Virus record (IMG/VR): IMGVR_UViG_3300012988_000001 | Location: 62,001-126,000 of that record | Reading direction: 5' to 3' (one strand) | DNA length: 64,000 bases | Part shown: positions 18,471 through 28,085 of the stretch, one piece after another | How positions within the stretch are numbered: the first letter of the stretch is position 1 | Layout: each line of letters begins with the position of its first letter | Notes under the pieces: generated by a model | What the model saw: only the letters and a program-made list of their open reading frames with translations | Told to the model about the DNA's origin: nothing | Database searches by the model: none | Translations under genes and position numbers: made by a program

Positions 18471-18881
18471 ATGACTAAGATTGAAGAGTTATATGTCGAG
18501 ATGACCAATCCAGATGCGATTAAAAAATTCGAATCAGATTATGGTATGTGTTTTTTACAGGAATCTGCAAGAATCGTATCTCATGGGTTGACATTCGGAT
18601 TGAATCACACTCTAATGTTTATACACAACTCATATGATGAAGATATGAGTGATGAAGAGTATTTAGACTTTACCGACGATTATGTATACTTTGATGATTT
18701 TGGTAAAGGAATTGAAGGATTACCATTTGATTGTACTGAAGAAGAATTCAATGCAGTTAAATTAAACAACTCTCATATCGTTTACAGTGATATGAAAGTA
18801 CTTGAAACAATGTACAAGAACTTTGAAAAGTATCTTGACATGGATGCAGTAAAACGTTATTCAAATAAGAGGAAATTATAA
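18471..18881 (+). CDS. hypothetical acidic protein
   Basis: 136-aa ORF directly after the promoter. Confidence 0.7.
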   Translation: MTKIEELYVEMTNPDAIKKFESDYGMCFLQESARIVSHGLTFGLNHTLMFIHNSYDEDMSDEEYLDFTDDYVYFDDFGKGIEGLPFDCTEEEFNAVKLNNSHIVYSDMKVLETMYKNFEKYLDMDAVKRYSNKRKL

Positions 18882-19129
18882 TGGAACAGAACAAGAAAGA
18901 AGTACAGAACAACCGCCGTGCACAAATGGACAAAGCATCTGCACTAGAGGGCTTCAAGAAGCTACGTGCTGCTGGTATCCTAACCCGTCAGCAGTTCCGC
19001 ACCATTACCTTTGACAAAGGGCTACAAGGTAGCACCAAAGGTTCCCCTCTAATCACTACCTATGAAGTGGTGAAGCAAGGCAAGAAAAAAGTGCTAGAGG
19101 TTAAAACCCAGCAATGGACTCGCACTTAA
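18881..19129 (+). CDS. small basic protein
   Basis: 82 aa, K/R-rich, RBS GAGG. Confidence 0.75.
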   Translation: MEQNKKEVQNNRRAQMDKASALEGFKKLRAAGILTRQQFRTITFDKGLQGSTKGSPLITTYEVVKQGKKKVLEVKTQQWTRT

Positions 19130-19202
19130 TAGTGCCTGTTTACGACAGCATTGATAAATAATGTTATAATAATAATAACATTTTTGACTCCATGTTGTTT
19201 TG

Positions 19203-19232
19203 AGGCCACTACTTTAGTGGCCTTTTCTTTTT
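19203..19232 (+). terminator. intrinsic terminator
   Basis: AGGCCACTA-CTT-TAGTGGCCT-TTTCTTTTT. Confidence 0.85.
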
Positions 19233-19242
19233 GGAGAATACG

Positions 19243-19947
19243 ATGGACATATCAGAAATATCCCGACGCATTCATAATTACATGATAACAAACTTCAATA
19301 GTAATGAATACGTTATCTATGGTTCGTTCGCTGAATACAAAAGCGGTTACATTGTGGAACCACAAGATATTGATATAGTGATATCAGGTTCTATCATTCA
19401 ACTTCCTGAAAACTATTCAGTACAAGTTGATGGTATCCCAATCCCACTTCAGATAAACACAATGACTAAAAAAGAGTTATTTGCTGAAGTAGAGCGTCTA
19501 GAACCAAAGTACTTGGACGTTATCTATCCAGTGTCTGGGTACGCATTATATAGTGAGATTGAAGATATTCTTGACCGCAAAACTGCACCAGAGATTCGGA
19601 GTGCTATTAGTTCTATTAGTTCTAAAGCATTCAATAAAGGCAAGAAGAAACTTATAATGGCTGATGACTATGATGAGTACTTAGGTCTTAAAAACATTTA
19701 CCACGCATTCAAGTTCGTTCACAATGCAATGCGACAGTTTGAACGTTTGCCACATTCCGATACCCAGTTCGTGAAGGACAAGGATATTATGGAAATGTAT
19801 GATATCAAACGTTTAATATTTGACACGTACTCTGGTAGTACTGGAACACTAGAAGAACGTTGGAAAACCCTTGACACCATTATCAAACCTCTATATAATA
19901 CCTACATGACGCAATTTCGTAAGGTATTTCCAAAGGAGATTAAATAA
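19243..19947 (+). CDS. pol-beta superfamily nucleotidyltransferase
   Basis: YVIYGS...PQDIDIVI (GS/DxD) motif and helical C-terminus KNIYHAFK. Confidence 0.65.
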   Translation: MDISEISRRIHNYMITNFNSNEYVIYGSFAEYKSGYIVEPQDIDIVISGSIIQLPENYSVQVDGIPIPLQINTMTKKELFAEVERLEPKYLDVIYPVSGYALYSEIEDILDRKTAPEIRSAISSISSKAFNKGKKKLIMADDYDEYLGLKNIYHAFKFVHNAMRQFERLPHSDTQFVKDKDIMEMYDIKRLIFDTYSGSTGTLEERWKTLDTIIKPLYNTYMTQFRKVFPKEIK

Positions 19948-20084
19948 TGGCAGATACGATTGTGGGTTTTATTGTTTTCATATGTGAGCTACTAACAGCT
20001 AACAGGAAGACAGCCCCATATGCTTTAGTACTGATGGTATTAATACTAATCGGTGCAACTGTATTTTGTTTCATTGGAGCATAA
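19947..20084 (+). CDS. 45-aa membrane peptide (below the ORF-track cutoff)
   Basis: MADTIVGFIVFICELL...LVLMVLILIGATVFCFIGA; coupled TAATG start, RBS AAGGAG. Confidence 0.65.
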   Translation: MADTIVGFIVFICELLTANRKTAPYALVLMVLILIGATVFCFIGA

Positions 20085-20150
20085 ATGAAAAAGAATTATA
20101 AAGGACGCATGACTTTCCATTAAGGTACTTTAACTTAATAGGAGAAACAT

Positions 20151-20714
20151 ATGTTTTTTGACCAAACTTTCGTGATCTACCACGACTCAGGAAAAACTGA
20201 GATTGTAGATGATTTATACACTTACGTTTATACATCTGGTGGTATCCAGAATTTTCATAGTCGTATGAAATTCAACTTGGGTCCATACAAGAAAGCAGAT
20301 GACTCAATGTACGGTTACAGAAGCTGGTGGTATAGCCGTCCAATTTCTGACAATCACATCGGTTTCTACTTGTATACCGAAAGTGGTTTGATGATTTCAC
20401 CAGACTTACTATTCGCGGAGTACAACAAAAAGTACAATGAAGGTCGCAACTGGTACATCTACCGCAGCCGTTACTACTGGACTCGTCCAATGACTACTGC
20501 TGGTAACAAACATACCACTCGTCGCGATAAACGTCCATTAAACCAGCAAGCTCGCCGCATGGCAGCAGGTGTGGTAAAAGAGGATGGGGAACCACCATTC
20601 CGTGGTGCTCGCTCCCACAAGGAGCTACGTACACATTGGGATGATATTTCTGTAAGAAGAAGCTGTTCTTGGAAGAACTGCACTAAACGTAAAAAACAAT
20701 ACAAAGGGAGCTAA
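20151..20714 (+). CDS. hypothetical phage protein with basic C-terminus
   Basis: 187 aa, RBS AGGAG. Confidence 0.75.
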   Translation: MFFDQTFVIYHDSGKTEIVDDLYTYVYTSGGIQNFHSRMKFNLGPYKKADDSMYGYRSWWYSRPISDNHIGFYLYTESGLMISPDLLFAEYNKKYNEGRNWYIYRSRYYWTRPMTTAGNKHTTRRDKRPLNQQARRMAAGVVKEDGEPPFRGARSHKELRTHWDDISVRRSCSWKNCTKRKKQYKGS

Positions 20715-20731
20715 ATGCTCCCTATTTTTTT
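20705..20731 (+). terminator. intrinsic terminator
   Basis: AGGGAGC-TAAAT-GCTCCCT-ATTTTTTT. Confidence 0.8.
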
Positions 20732-20743
20732 GAGGGTATAAAA

Positions 20744-21091
20744 ATGACTAAACAAATTCGCCACCGTTCAGTATTGTCTCTGCAACTAGAAGATTGTACA
20801 CTGGATGAAATGCTAAAACACTTAAATGAATGTAAAGAGAAACACCCTGACGTAGAGCTACTCATTAGCTACGAAGGGGAGTACATGGAATATAATGGGC
20901 CTGATCAGATGCAGATTCACTACTACAGTGAAGAAACTGACGCAGAGTACAACACTCGTCTTGATTACGAAACTGCAAAGCAAACCGATAAAGAACTAAA
21001 AGAGATGGATCGCCTCTTGAGTTATAAGAAGTTAAATCCTAATAACCAACAACGACTAGACGAACTATTGGAGAAATATCACAATGGATAA
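20744..21091 (+). CDS. hypothetical protein
   Basis: 115 aa, RBS GAGGG. Confidence 0.7.
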   Translation: MTKQIRHRSVLSLQLEDCTLDEMLKHLNECKEKHPDVELLISYEGEYMEYNGPDQMQIHYYSEETDAEYNTRLDYETAKQTDKELKEMDRLLSYKKLNPNNQQRLDELLEKYHNG

Positions 21092-21929
21092 GGAAAAAAT
21101 TCTTTACCACGCTAAACATAATAATGGTTTCACTATCCGGGCGTGTGAGTATCAAGGTAAGTGGACTGAACATTTGGACTACCTAATTCATCATAAGATG
21201 CTTAATTGGGTAACTAGTGGACTATGGAGTGAGTACGAGTCATGTGGTCAAACCGATCTATATGACCAAGCTATTCATGAGTACAAGATTACTCCTGATG
21301 GTGAAGTACTACTATCATTGTATCGCCTTGCTTATGCACACAAGAATCATCTAAACGAAGAGAAACATCTTCGTCGTATTGATGAATTCTATCATTTACT
21401 TGAAGTCTGTGGAAAAGAATCACAGTTCTTTGAGAAACACCTAACAAAGAATCAAAAGAAAGCACTTGAGTACGCTCGTAATGTTCGTGAGTTGCCAAAA
21501 ATCGATGAATCTATCCAAGAACCAGTTCTAAGCCCATATAATATCGTTCCCCACGATGAATGGGTTAAAATGGAAAAACCAATGAGGATTGCCAAGATTG
21601 ATTTGGATGAGCCAGTACTAAAATCTATGTTCAATATGAGTGTAGGTCTAGGTTCAAAAAACTCTGATGAATACCGTACTGAGAACTATGTTTTACGTAA
21701 AACGAATGAAGAACTAGGAGAAATGACTTTAGAGATGAACATCGCTGATGGTCTATCCTATAAAGAAGCTGGTAAAGACGGGGTGAAGGGCGAAGCAGTT
21801 GACCTAGCAATTTGTGCTATGGATATGTTCGCATTACAATGTCCTATGATGACTCCTGAAGAGATAGAGCGTGAATTCCTTACGTACATGCTTGTTAAAC
21901 TTAACAAATGGCGTGATACTTTAAAATAA
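21084..21929 (+). CDS. protein with C-terminal MazG-like NTP pyrophosphohydrolase domain
   Basis: KTNEELGEM...GEAVDLAICAMD matches the EExxE...ExxD pattern. Confidence 0.65.
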   Translation: MDKEKILYHAKHNNGFTIRACEYQGKWTEHLDYLIHHKMLNWVTSGLWSEYESCGQTDLYDQAIHEYKITPDGEVLLSLYRLAYAHKNHLNEEKHLRRIDEFYHLLEVCGKESQFFEKHLTKNQKKALEYARNVRELPKIDESIQEPVLSPYNIVPHDEWVKMEKPMRIAKIDLDEPVLKSMFNMSVGLGSKNSDEYRTENYVLRKTNEELGEMTLEMNIADGLSYKEAGKDGVKGEAVDLAICAMDMFALQCPMMTPEEIEREFLTYMLVKLNKWRDTLK

Positions 21930-21932
21930 AAG

Positions 21933-21966
21933 TTGACAGGGGAGTGTAGATTTGCTATACTCCCTT
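21933..21966 (+). promoter_or_regulatory. sigma70 promoter interlocked with a hairpin
   Basis: TTGACA-17-TATACT; GGGAGTGTAG/CTATACTCCC stem overlaps the spacer and -10. Confidence 0.75.
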
Positions 21967-21991
21967 CATACCAAACAAACGGAGAAACAAC

Positions 21992-22489
21992 ATGAAAATT
22001 TTGCTCGCGGTAGACGCATCTGGTTCTTTCACTGACAACGATCAATGGCATCATCTTAAGAAGATTGTTAACGAAACGGTATATGCTCTGTCAAAGACAG
22101 CAGAAGTTCAGATCGTTAAAGTTACTACCAAACTACACTTCTGTTCTCTCGAAGAATTCAACGAAGGTTGGAACTGTGCAGTGGGGGATGGTGGTGGTTT
22201 GGTTGAAGACCTATTAAATGGTCTTGAGTACGACAAAGTACATTTCATCACTGACGGCTTTGTTAATCTCAAAGCATTCGATGATTATGTTTCAGTTATG
22301 ATTCTCGAAGACCCAGCATATGTTAAAGATCCGAACCCAATCGTGGACTTCAAATGTGCTGTATGTGGTAAAGAGCCTAATCTACATCAGGCACAAGATA
22401 AGTTCTGCCCGGAAGGTAAAGGGTACTTCCACAGTACTAACAAATTCCGTCCAGATCCTAATCAACCAATTCGTCGCTTCACTATCTAA
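21992..22489 (+). CDS. small vWA-like protein with C-terminal CxxC
   Basis: LLAVDASGSF (DxSxS MIDAS), FITDG, CAVCG. Confidence 0.65.
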   Translation: MKILLAVDASGSFTDNDQWHHLKKIVNETVYALSKTAEVQIVKVTTKLHFCSLEEFNEGWNCAVGDGGGLVEDLLNGLEYDKVHFITDGFVNLKAFDDYVSVMILEDPAYVKDPNPIVDFKCAVCGKEPNLHQAQDKFCPEGKGYFHSTNKFRPDPNQPIRRFTI

Positions 22490-22498
22490 GGGTAATAT

Positions 22499-23608
22499 AT
22501 GTCTAAATTAGTAAATGCAAGTCCAGAAGAAATTCGCGAGTACTTTAAAGGTCATGGTGTTCGCTGGGTTGAAACGTTCAATAACAATAACGTTCCTGAT
22601 GAAATCATTATGGAATTCAAAGATCGCATCTTCCGTGGTGATAGTTTTTCTCGTGCAGATGCAATCATTAATATGATGGTTGCAAACAATCGTCAGATGC
22701 CAAAAGAACTATTTGATATCATTGATGCGAAGTTTGGCAGTATTCGCTTCTATCACATTGATAAGGTGTACGATTTCGTTGGGTATCTAATGGGTTTACC
22801 TGTTGAACAGGTAGCTCGCCAAAGCTATCATGCGTGTACTACACTAGAACGTGTACCAAACGTACCACTAGAGTTTGTTGAAATGGTTCTTGGGCTTGAA
22901 TCTGATTCGCGTATGAAGCATGATGCAGTAGATAAGATGTTATCCAAACCAGAACATCCTATTCTACCAGAAGTCTATGATTATCTCGTTGAGTACTTAA
23001 AAACTCATTACCATCCGTATTACCTAAATGCACGGTCATACGAAGCTGGTAACATTGAAGTGCAATTGTTTACAGTTGAAGAATACATTTCACTTGTATC
23101 ACCACATCGTATCATTTCATTCTTTGATTATGGTCACGTATTATTTGATAGTGAGAGTATTTTAAAATCAGCATATAACACACCAACTGTTATTCAACTA
23201 GTGGTTGATAAAATAAACGAAATGATTGATGATGGTAAAGCTCGTCCACTATCTAACAGTGACTGGGTTATTACCAAAACATTGATTAAAGATCATCCAG
23301 ATTTTGAAAAAATTCGTGATGCGTTTACTTCACAACGTGAATTGTATTCGCGTAATGAACTAGTTTGGGATGATGTTGACAAACATATCGAATCTGGTAA
23401 AATGGAATCTGAAGTACTAGAAGCTGTACTTCTACGCCTAGATGCACCTTTGTGGTTCACTGATAAGTATCAAAGTAAAATTCTACAAATTATGACTCGT
23501 TTCCAAATGGAAAATAATGTTCATAATAATGTTCTTGAATCATTTGGTCGTGCGTTCAATCATCTTCATGAACCACTAGATCCGTGGAATGTAATCCGTC
23601 CCTACTAA
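22499..23608 (+). CDS. hypothetical helical protein
   Basis: 369-aa ORF, RBS AAGGG. Confidence 0.8.
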   Translation: MSKLVNASPEEIREYFKGHGVRWVETFNNNNVPDEIIMEFKDRIFRGDSFSRADAIINMMVANNRQMPKELFDIIDAKFGSIRFYHIDKVYDFVGYLMGLPVEQVARQSYHACTTLERVPNVPLEFVEMVLGLESDSRMKHDAVDKMLSKPEHPILPEVYDYLVEYLKTHYHPYYLNARSYEAGNIEVQLFTVEEYISLVSPHRIISFFDYGHVLFDSESILKSAYNTPTVIQLVVDKINEMIDDGKARPLSNSDWVITKTLIKDHPDFEKIRDAFTSQRELYSRNELVWDDVDKHIESGKMESEVLEAVLLRLDAPLWFTDKYQSKILQIMTRFQMENNVHNNVLESFGRAFNHLHEPLDPWNVIRPY

Positions 23609-23746
23609 AAAATACGAAAAGTACTAAGCCGTGCTTCTGGCAAAATCCAGTATAAGTCCGTACCGCACAGCGAATTTGTTGATATCCCTACTCAAGCGAT
23701 ACTACCAATCAACAGGCGAAGTACTTTTCCCTTTAAGGATAAATTT
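23609..23746 (+). other. structured, in-frame open intergenic spacer
   Basis: GAAAAGTACT 23616-23625 pairs AGTACTTTTC 23720-23729; inner helices; 46 sense codons in frame with both flanking genes. Confidence 0.5.
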
Positions 23747-23965
23747 ATGAAAGCAAAAGAATTAGCCAAGTTTCTAATGGAACATCCAGAAGCAGAAGTT
23801 GTGATGGATGAGTATGCAGGTCTACATTTCACAGTTGATGTAAACGTTGCAGTACTACACACTAAAGGTACACACCTCCCGGATTTTCACAATTCTGGAA
23901 CAAACTCTATTCAAGACAATGGCAAATGCAAAGTAGATGTTGTACACTTAGGGAGGACAGGTTGA
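23747..23965 (+). CDS. hypothetical protein, MKAxxLA...P.AEV family
   Basis: 72 aa, RBS AAGGA. Confidence 0.7.
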   Translation: MKAKELAKFLMEHPEAEVVMDEYAGLHFTVDVNVAVLHTKGTHLPDFHNSGTNSIQDNGKCKVDVVHLGRTG

Positions 23966-24594
23966 ACGCATGTGACAAGTACTATTGGATTATCGATCAT
24001 CCAGCTTTCATCAATAAAGGTTTCGTAAAAGTAGAACTCGATGTTGATCCACATATGGTATGTCCAACAACCAACCGTATCGAAGATTTCTCCCGTCTAA
24101 ACACCAAGCACCGTCTATGGGTAGAGTTAATGGTTCCATATTTCGATACGGACATAAATGAATGGCGGCACTCGCATGATTACACGTGTGACACTGGTGG
24201 TGACACATGGGAAGAGATGATCGAGAGTCTCTATTCTTTAGTTCTGAACAAATACGGTTCATACACCGACGATGATGTTGCTAAGAAAAACTTCGAAGTA
24301 CATGGTATTCGTATACACAGGCAGACTGTAAAATCGAAGACTCGAAGACTAAATGTTCGCTGGAATTTAAATCAACCCAAATGGAGTGATGACATTCTCA
24401 AAGAACATTACATCGAAACCATTCAGGAAGAGGTGAAAGAAGTTCAAGGTACGATTTTAGCCTTGACAGAATATCGGAAGACGTGTAATATATCCGAATA
24501 CGCAGACGTGGATGCCGAAATGGAAAAAATGCAATTCATTCTATTCGAACAGCAACTATCACTTCAAACAGGAATCGACTTGGTGAGGAAATGA
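23962..24594 (+). CDS. hypothetical protein
   Basis: TTG start behind GGGAGG. Confidence 0.7.
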   Translation: MNACDKYYWIIDHPAFINKGFVKVELDVDPHMVCPTTNRIEDFSRLNTKHRLWVELMVPYFDTDINEWRHSHDYTCDTGGDTWEEMIESLYSLVLNKYGSYTDDDVAKKNFEVHGIRIHRQTVKSKTRRLNVRWNLNQPKWSDDILKEHYIETIQEEVKEVQGTILALTEYRKTCNISEYADVDAEMEKMQFILFEQQLSLQTGIDLVRK

Positions 24595-24965
24595 CAGATA
24601 TTCAGAAATTAGTACAAGTACTGAACAATATGCCTAAACTGGAGCAGGATGGAGATCGTCGTCGTTTTCGCGTCATCGCACGTGCTCTGGATAAAAAAGG
24701 ACGTGTATTAGCTACTCGTACTAATTCCTATACCATGTCACATCCAGTACAGAAACACTTCGCTGTTCTGGCTGGGCGTCCTGAAGCAATCTTTGTACAC
24801 GCTGAAATCGCCACTCTAATCGCTTGTAAGGCTGCAAATAAAAATGTGCACACTTTGTTGATTGCACGTGTTAATACCGCTGGTGAGCCGATTAAGGCCG
24901 CTCCTTGCGAGATTTGCAGCATAGCTATCCAGAAGTTTGGCGTTAAAGAAATCATTCATACATAA
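24591..24965 (+). CDS. zinc-dependent deaminase (CDA/dCMP/TadA superfamily)
   Basis: HAEIA and APCEIC zinc motifs. Confidence 0.85.
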   Translation: MTDIQKLVQVLNNMPKLEQDGDRRRFRVIARALDKKGRVLATRTNSYTMSHPVQKHFAVLAGRPEAIFVHAEIATLIACKAANKNVHTLLIARVNTAGEPIKAAPCEICSIAIQKFGVKEIIHT

Positions 24966-24975
24966 GGAATCTACA

Positions 24976-26214
24976 ATGAATAATGCACTAGCAGAACTAA
25001 TCAATCGTGGTTTAATCAAACAGAGTACAGATATTGCTGTACTGGACAAGATGATGAATGAGAACAAAGCTATCTATTGTGGCTTCGATCCTACTGCTGA
25101 TTCCCTACACGTTGGCTCTCTTCTGCCTCTTACAGTGATGAAGGTTCTACGTAAGCATGGTGTCCGGGTAATCGCCCTTGTTGGTGGTGCAACTGGTCGT
25201 ATTGGCGATCCTAGCTTCAAAGCTCAGGAACGTAACATGCTGGATGAAAGTACAGTTGAACGTAATATTGAAGGTATTACTAAGGTAATCCATCAAGTAC
25301 TCGGTGACGATGTTAAAGTAGTGAACAACTACAACTGGGTCAAGGATATCTCTATGCTTGAGTTCCTACGTGTGTACGGCAAGTGCTTTACTGTGAATAA
25401 CATGGTAAACAAAGAGTCAGTACGCCAACGTATCGAACGTCCAGATCAGGGTATCTCTTTCACTGAATTCTCTTACCCAATCCTACAGGGTCTTGATTTT
25501 GAACATCTGTTCGAAATGCACGACTGTACCATGCAAATGGGCGGTTCTGACCAATGGGGCAATATGGTAGCTGGTATGGAAGTAATTCATAAGCTACAGG
25601 GTAATGACAAAGAATGTGGTGTCTTTACTCTTCCATTACTAACCAAAGACGATGGAACCAAGTTTGGTAAGTCTGAAAGTGGTGCAGTATGGTTGAGTGC
25701 TGATAAGACTTCCCCATTCGAAATGTTCCAGTTCTGGAAGAATCTTACTGACGCAGAGACTGTTAAAATGTTCCAGTACTTCAAACCTCTTGGTGGCTCA
25801 GTTGAAGACTTTGAAGTACGTATGAATAACAATCCAACTAAAGTGAAGACTATGTTTGCTTTGAGTATGGTCGAGTTGATTCATGGTGAACGTACCGCTT
25901 GTGACGTAATGGATCTCGCATACGCACTATTTGAAGGTAAGTTTAGCTTTGAAACTGATGAACTAGAAAAATTCATCGGTGCTGGGCTTGAAGAGTGTGA
26001 ATGGACTACTAACCTAGTTGAAACGCTAGTTAGTTCTGGTCTAGCTACTTCACGTAAGATGGCACGTGAGTTCATCAAAAACAATGCAGTAAAAGTAAAT
26101 GGCGAAGTCGTTGGTGAAGATTTCGATGTAGAGTCTATCTTGGCTATTCCATCTGAACTATTCCTACTCCAGCGTGGTCGCAAGAATTTTGTGGTAATCC
26201 GCATAGGAGAGTAA
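24976..26214 (+). CDS. tyrS: tyrosyl-tRNA synthetase
   Basis: YCGFDPTADSLHVGS (HIGH), GRIGDPS, QMGGSDQWGN, KFGKS (KMSKS), C-terminal S4 domain SRKMAREFIKNNAVKVNG. Confidence 0.97.
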   Translation: MNNALAELINRGLIKQSTDIAVLDKMMNENKAIYCGFDPTADSLHVGSLLPLTVMKVLRKHGVRVIALVGGATGRIGDPSFKAQERNMLDESTVERNIEGITKVIHQVLGDDVKVVNNYNWVKDISMLEFLRVYGKCFTVNNMVNKESVRQRIERPDQGISFTEFSYPILQGLDFEHLFEMHDCTMQMGGSDQWGNMVAGMEVIHKLQGNDKECGVFTLPLLTKDDGTKFGKSESGAVWLSADKTSPFEMFQFWKNLTDAETVKMFQYFKPLGGSVEDFEVRMNNNPTKVKTMFALSMVELIHGERTACDVMDLAYALFEGKFSFETDELEKFIGAGLEECEWTTNLVETLVSSGLATSRKMAREFIKNNAVKVNGEVVGEDFDVESILAIPSELFLLQRGRKNFVVIRIGE

Positions 26215-27267
26215 ATGTTATTAGCAGATCTACTAAAAGAAGTAAAGTACGGAAATAGTAAGAAAGGTGTCAAGTACGCAGAAGAAATTGCTACTGATGT
26301 TCAAAATTTCATTGATGTTAGTACAGCGTTACTTGACACTTCCAAAGCACTAGGAAGTACTAAACGTTCAGAACTATCATCTGTTATTTCAGAACTAACT
26401 GATAAGTTCAATGAAAAACTAAGTGCTAAAGATAAAGATGTTAACTATTTGGAATTCAAACCAGTTGATGTTATCAATAAAGTTGAATACAGTACGTATG
26501 GTTCCAGCTTTTCCAAATATGCAAATGACAGTAAAGTATTGAAATCTGCACGTACTGATGTTAAAGGAATTCTCGACGTGGCTGAAAAGCTAGGTCTACT
26601 TGTAATTCCACATCAGTACGTAAAGTTTGAATTAGTGAAGAATGAAACAATTTATACAGAAAAATATGGACGGTGTAATGTACACCACGCATACACCAAT
26701 TTCATCAAACAATGTGAAAAGAACAATCTTAATGCATGGTTGGTATGTCCGATTCAGTACTACGATATTGAACGTCATGCTAAAGACCTATCATATGATT
26801 TCTTCATTCCTTCAGCTATCAGCCAAGCCTTTACTTCAATTAAAATCATTCTACCTATGCTAATTGGTATGATTGACCAGATTGAATCACTAAAGAATAA
26901 GGTAGATAATATCGGCAGTCAACTGGAGAACATGAGAAGTACTTTGAAAGCTCAACAGCAACAAATTGACCGTCTAGAAGCTGAATTAGTCAAAGAACGT
27001 CAACGCCGTGTTGAAGAAGCTATTCGGGTGCGGGAATTAGAAGCTAAGGTTGCTGAACAACGTGCACAGATTCAATGGTCTACATTTGATCCAATTCAAA
27101 TTGCAATCCCATCTTCAGTGAAGGATATCAATTCATATGACGGTAACGCAGTTTTGGGCGTTGCATGGGGTCCAGAAGTTGATGATGTACTTGTCGAGTT
27201 ACTAGGTATGTCTCGTCAAGAAACACGTAAAGATTTCGTCAGTAATCAATTTACGAGGTTCTACTAA
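26215..27267 (+). CDS. hypothetical protein with coiled coil
   Basis: 350 aa; heptad-rich segment near the C-terminus. Confidence 0.8.
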   Translation: MLLADLLKEVKYGNSKKGVKYAEEIATDVQNFIDVSTALLDTSKALGSTKRSELSSVISELTDKFNEKLSAKDKDVNYLEFKPVDVINKVEYSTYGSSFSKYANDSKVLKSARTDVKGILDVAEKLGLLVIPHQYVKFELVKNETIYTEKYGRCNVHHAYTNFIKQCEKNNLNAWLVCPIQYYDIERHAKDLSYDFFIPSAISQAFTSIKIILPMLIGMIDQIESLKNKVDNIGSQLENMRSTLKAQQQQIDRLEAELVKERQRRVEEAIRVRELEAKVAEQRAQIQWSTFDPIQIAIPSSVKDINSYDGNAVLGVAWGPEVDDVLVELLGMSRQETRKDFVSNQFTRFY

Positions 27268-27268
27268 T

Positions 27269-27712
27269 ATGAAACTTGATTTGAATGATATAGTTGGTAG
27301 TTACAAGTATGTAGGTCAAAAGATCTGGATTTGTGACTACCGCAAAGAATTAGATAAGAAAGCTATTCGCAACGTAAAACCAACTGAAGTGTATGTTGCT
27401 GGTCCAAAAGATTTTGAAGCTCAAGGTCTTGAACCACGCATTTATTACAGCCAAGTTGGTTTTGCAAAGCTCAATAAGAAGGGTGAACCTCTCCTTAAAC
27501 AGCTAATTCCACCATTTGACACTACGGGTCACCGTTGGTACACTGGTGTTGGTGTTGAAGCATATGACAACGAAAATGAATGTATTGATGCTTACAATGC
27601 TCAAGTACAGGTAGTCGTTGCAAAGTACGAAGCACGTATTCAAGTTGCTATGCAACATCTAGTTCAAGAGATGCAAGAGATTAAAAACCTCACAGTTGCA
27701 CGTAAGGAGTAA
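27269..27712 (+). CDS. hypothetical protein, paralog of 27717-28085
   Basis: NVKPTEV and AYDNENECIDAYN. Confidence 0.75.
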   Translation: MKLDLNDIVGSYKYVGQKIWICDYRKELDKKAIRNVKPTEVYVAGPKDFEAQGLEPRIYYSQVGFAKLNKKGEPLLKQLIPPFDTTGHRWYTGVGVEAYDNENECIDAYNAQVQVVVAKYEARIQVAMQHLVQEMQEIKNLTVARKE

Positions 27713-27716
27713 TTCA

Positions 27717-28085
27717 GTGGAACACGGTCCATTATTGAATTTCATCATGAAAGAAGTGGGTGAAGGTACTGAATTCTGGGTTAGTGGTTATGCTAACCCA
27801 ATGTTACGGAACACCCCAAAAACAAACGTTAAACCAACAAAAGTTACGATGACTCGTAATCCAAAAGAAAGACCTTACCGGGTAGGAGTTTATAACTCTG
27901 ACAAAAAGTGTGAGTTCTTTTTAGCGGAAGATGCTAAAGGGAAAATCATATCTGCTAATCCTGACGTTTATGTGTATGATACCGAAGAAGAGGCAATTAC
28001 AGGATATAATGACGGTATTGAACTAATCATCCATAGTTACAATATGCGTATCATGAAAGTAATGGGGAACAAAATTGCAAACTAA
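27717..28085 (+). CDS. hypothetical protein, paralog of 27269-27712
   Basis: NVKPTKV and VYDTEEEAITGYN; GTG start behind AAGGAG. Confidence 0.75.
   Translation: MEHGPLLNFIMKEVGEGTEFWVSGYANPMLRNTPKTNVKPTKVTMTRNPKERPYRVGVYNSDKKCEFFLAEDAKGKIISANPDVYVYDTEEEAITGYNDGIELIIHSYNMRIMKVMGNKIAN

Noticed and set aside
20085-20123. 12-codon mini-ORF MKKNYKGRMTFH as a leader peptide
   Set aside because: No attenuator structure or codon run; could be chance
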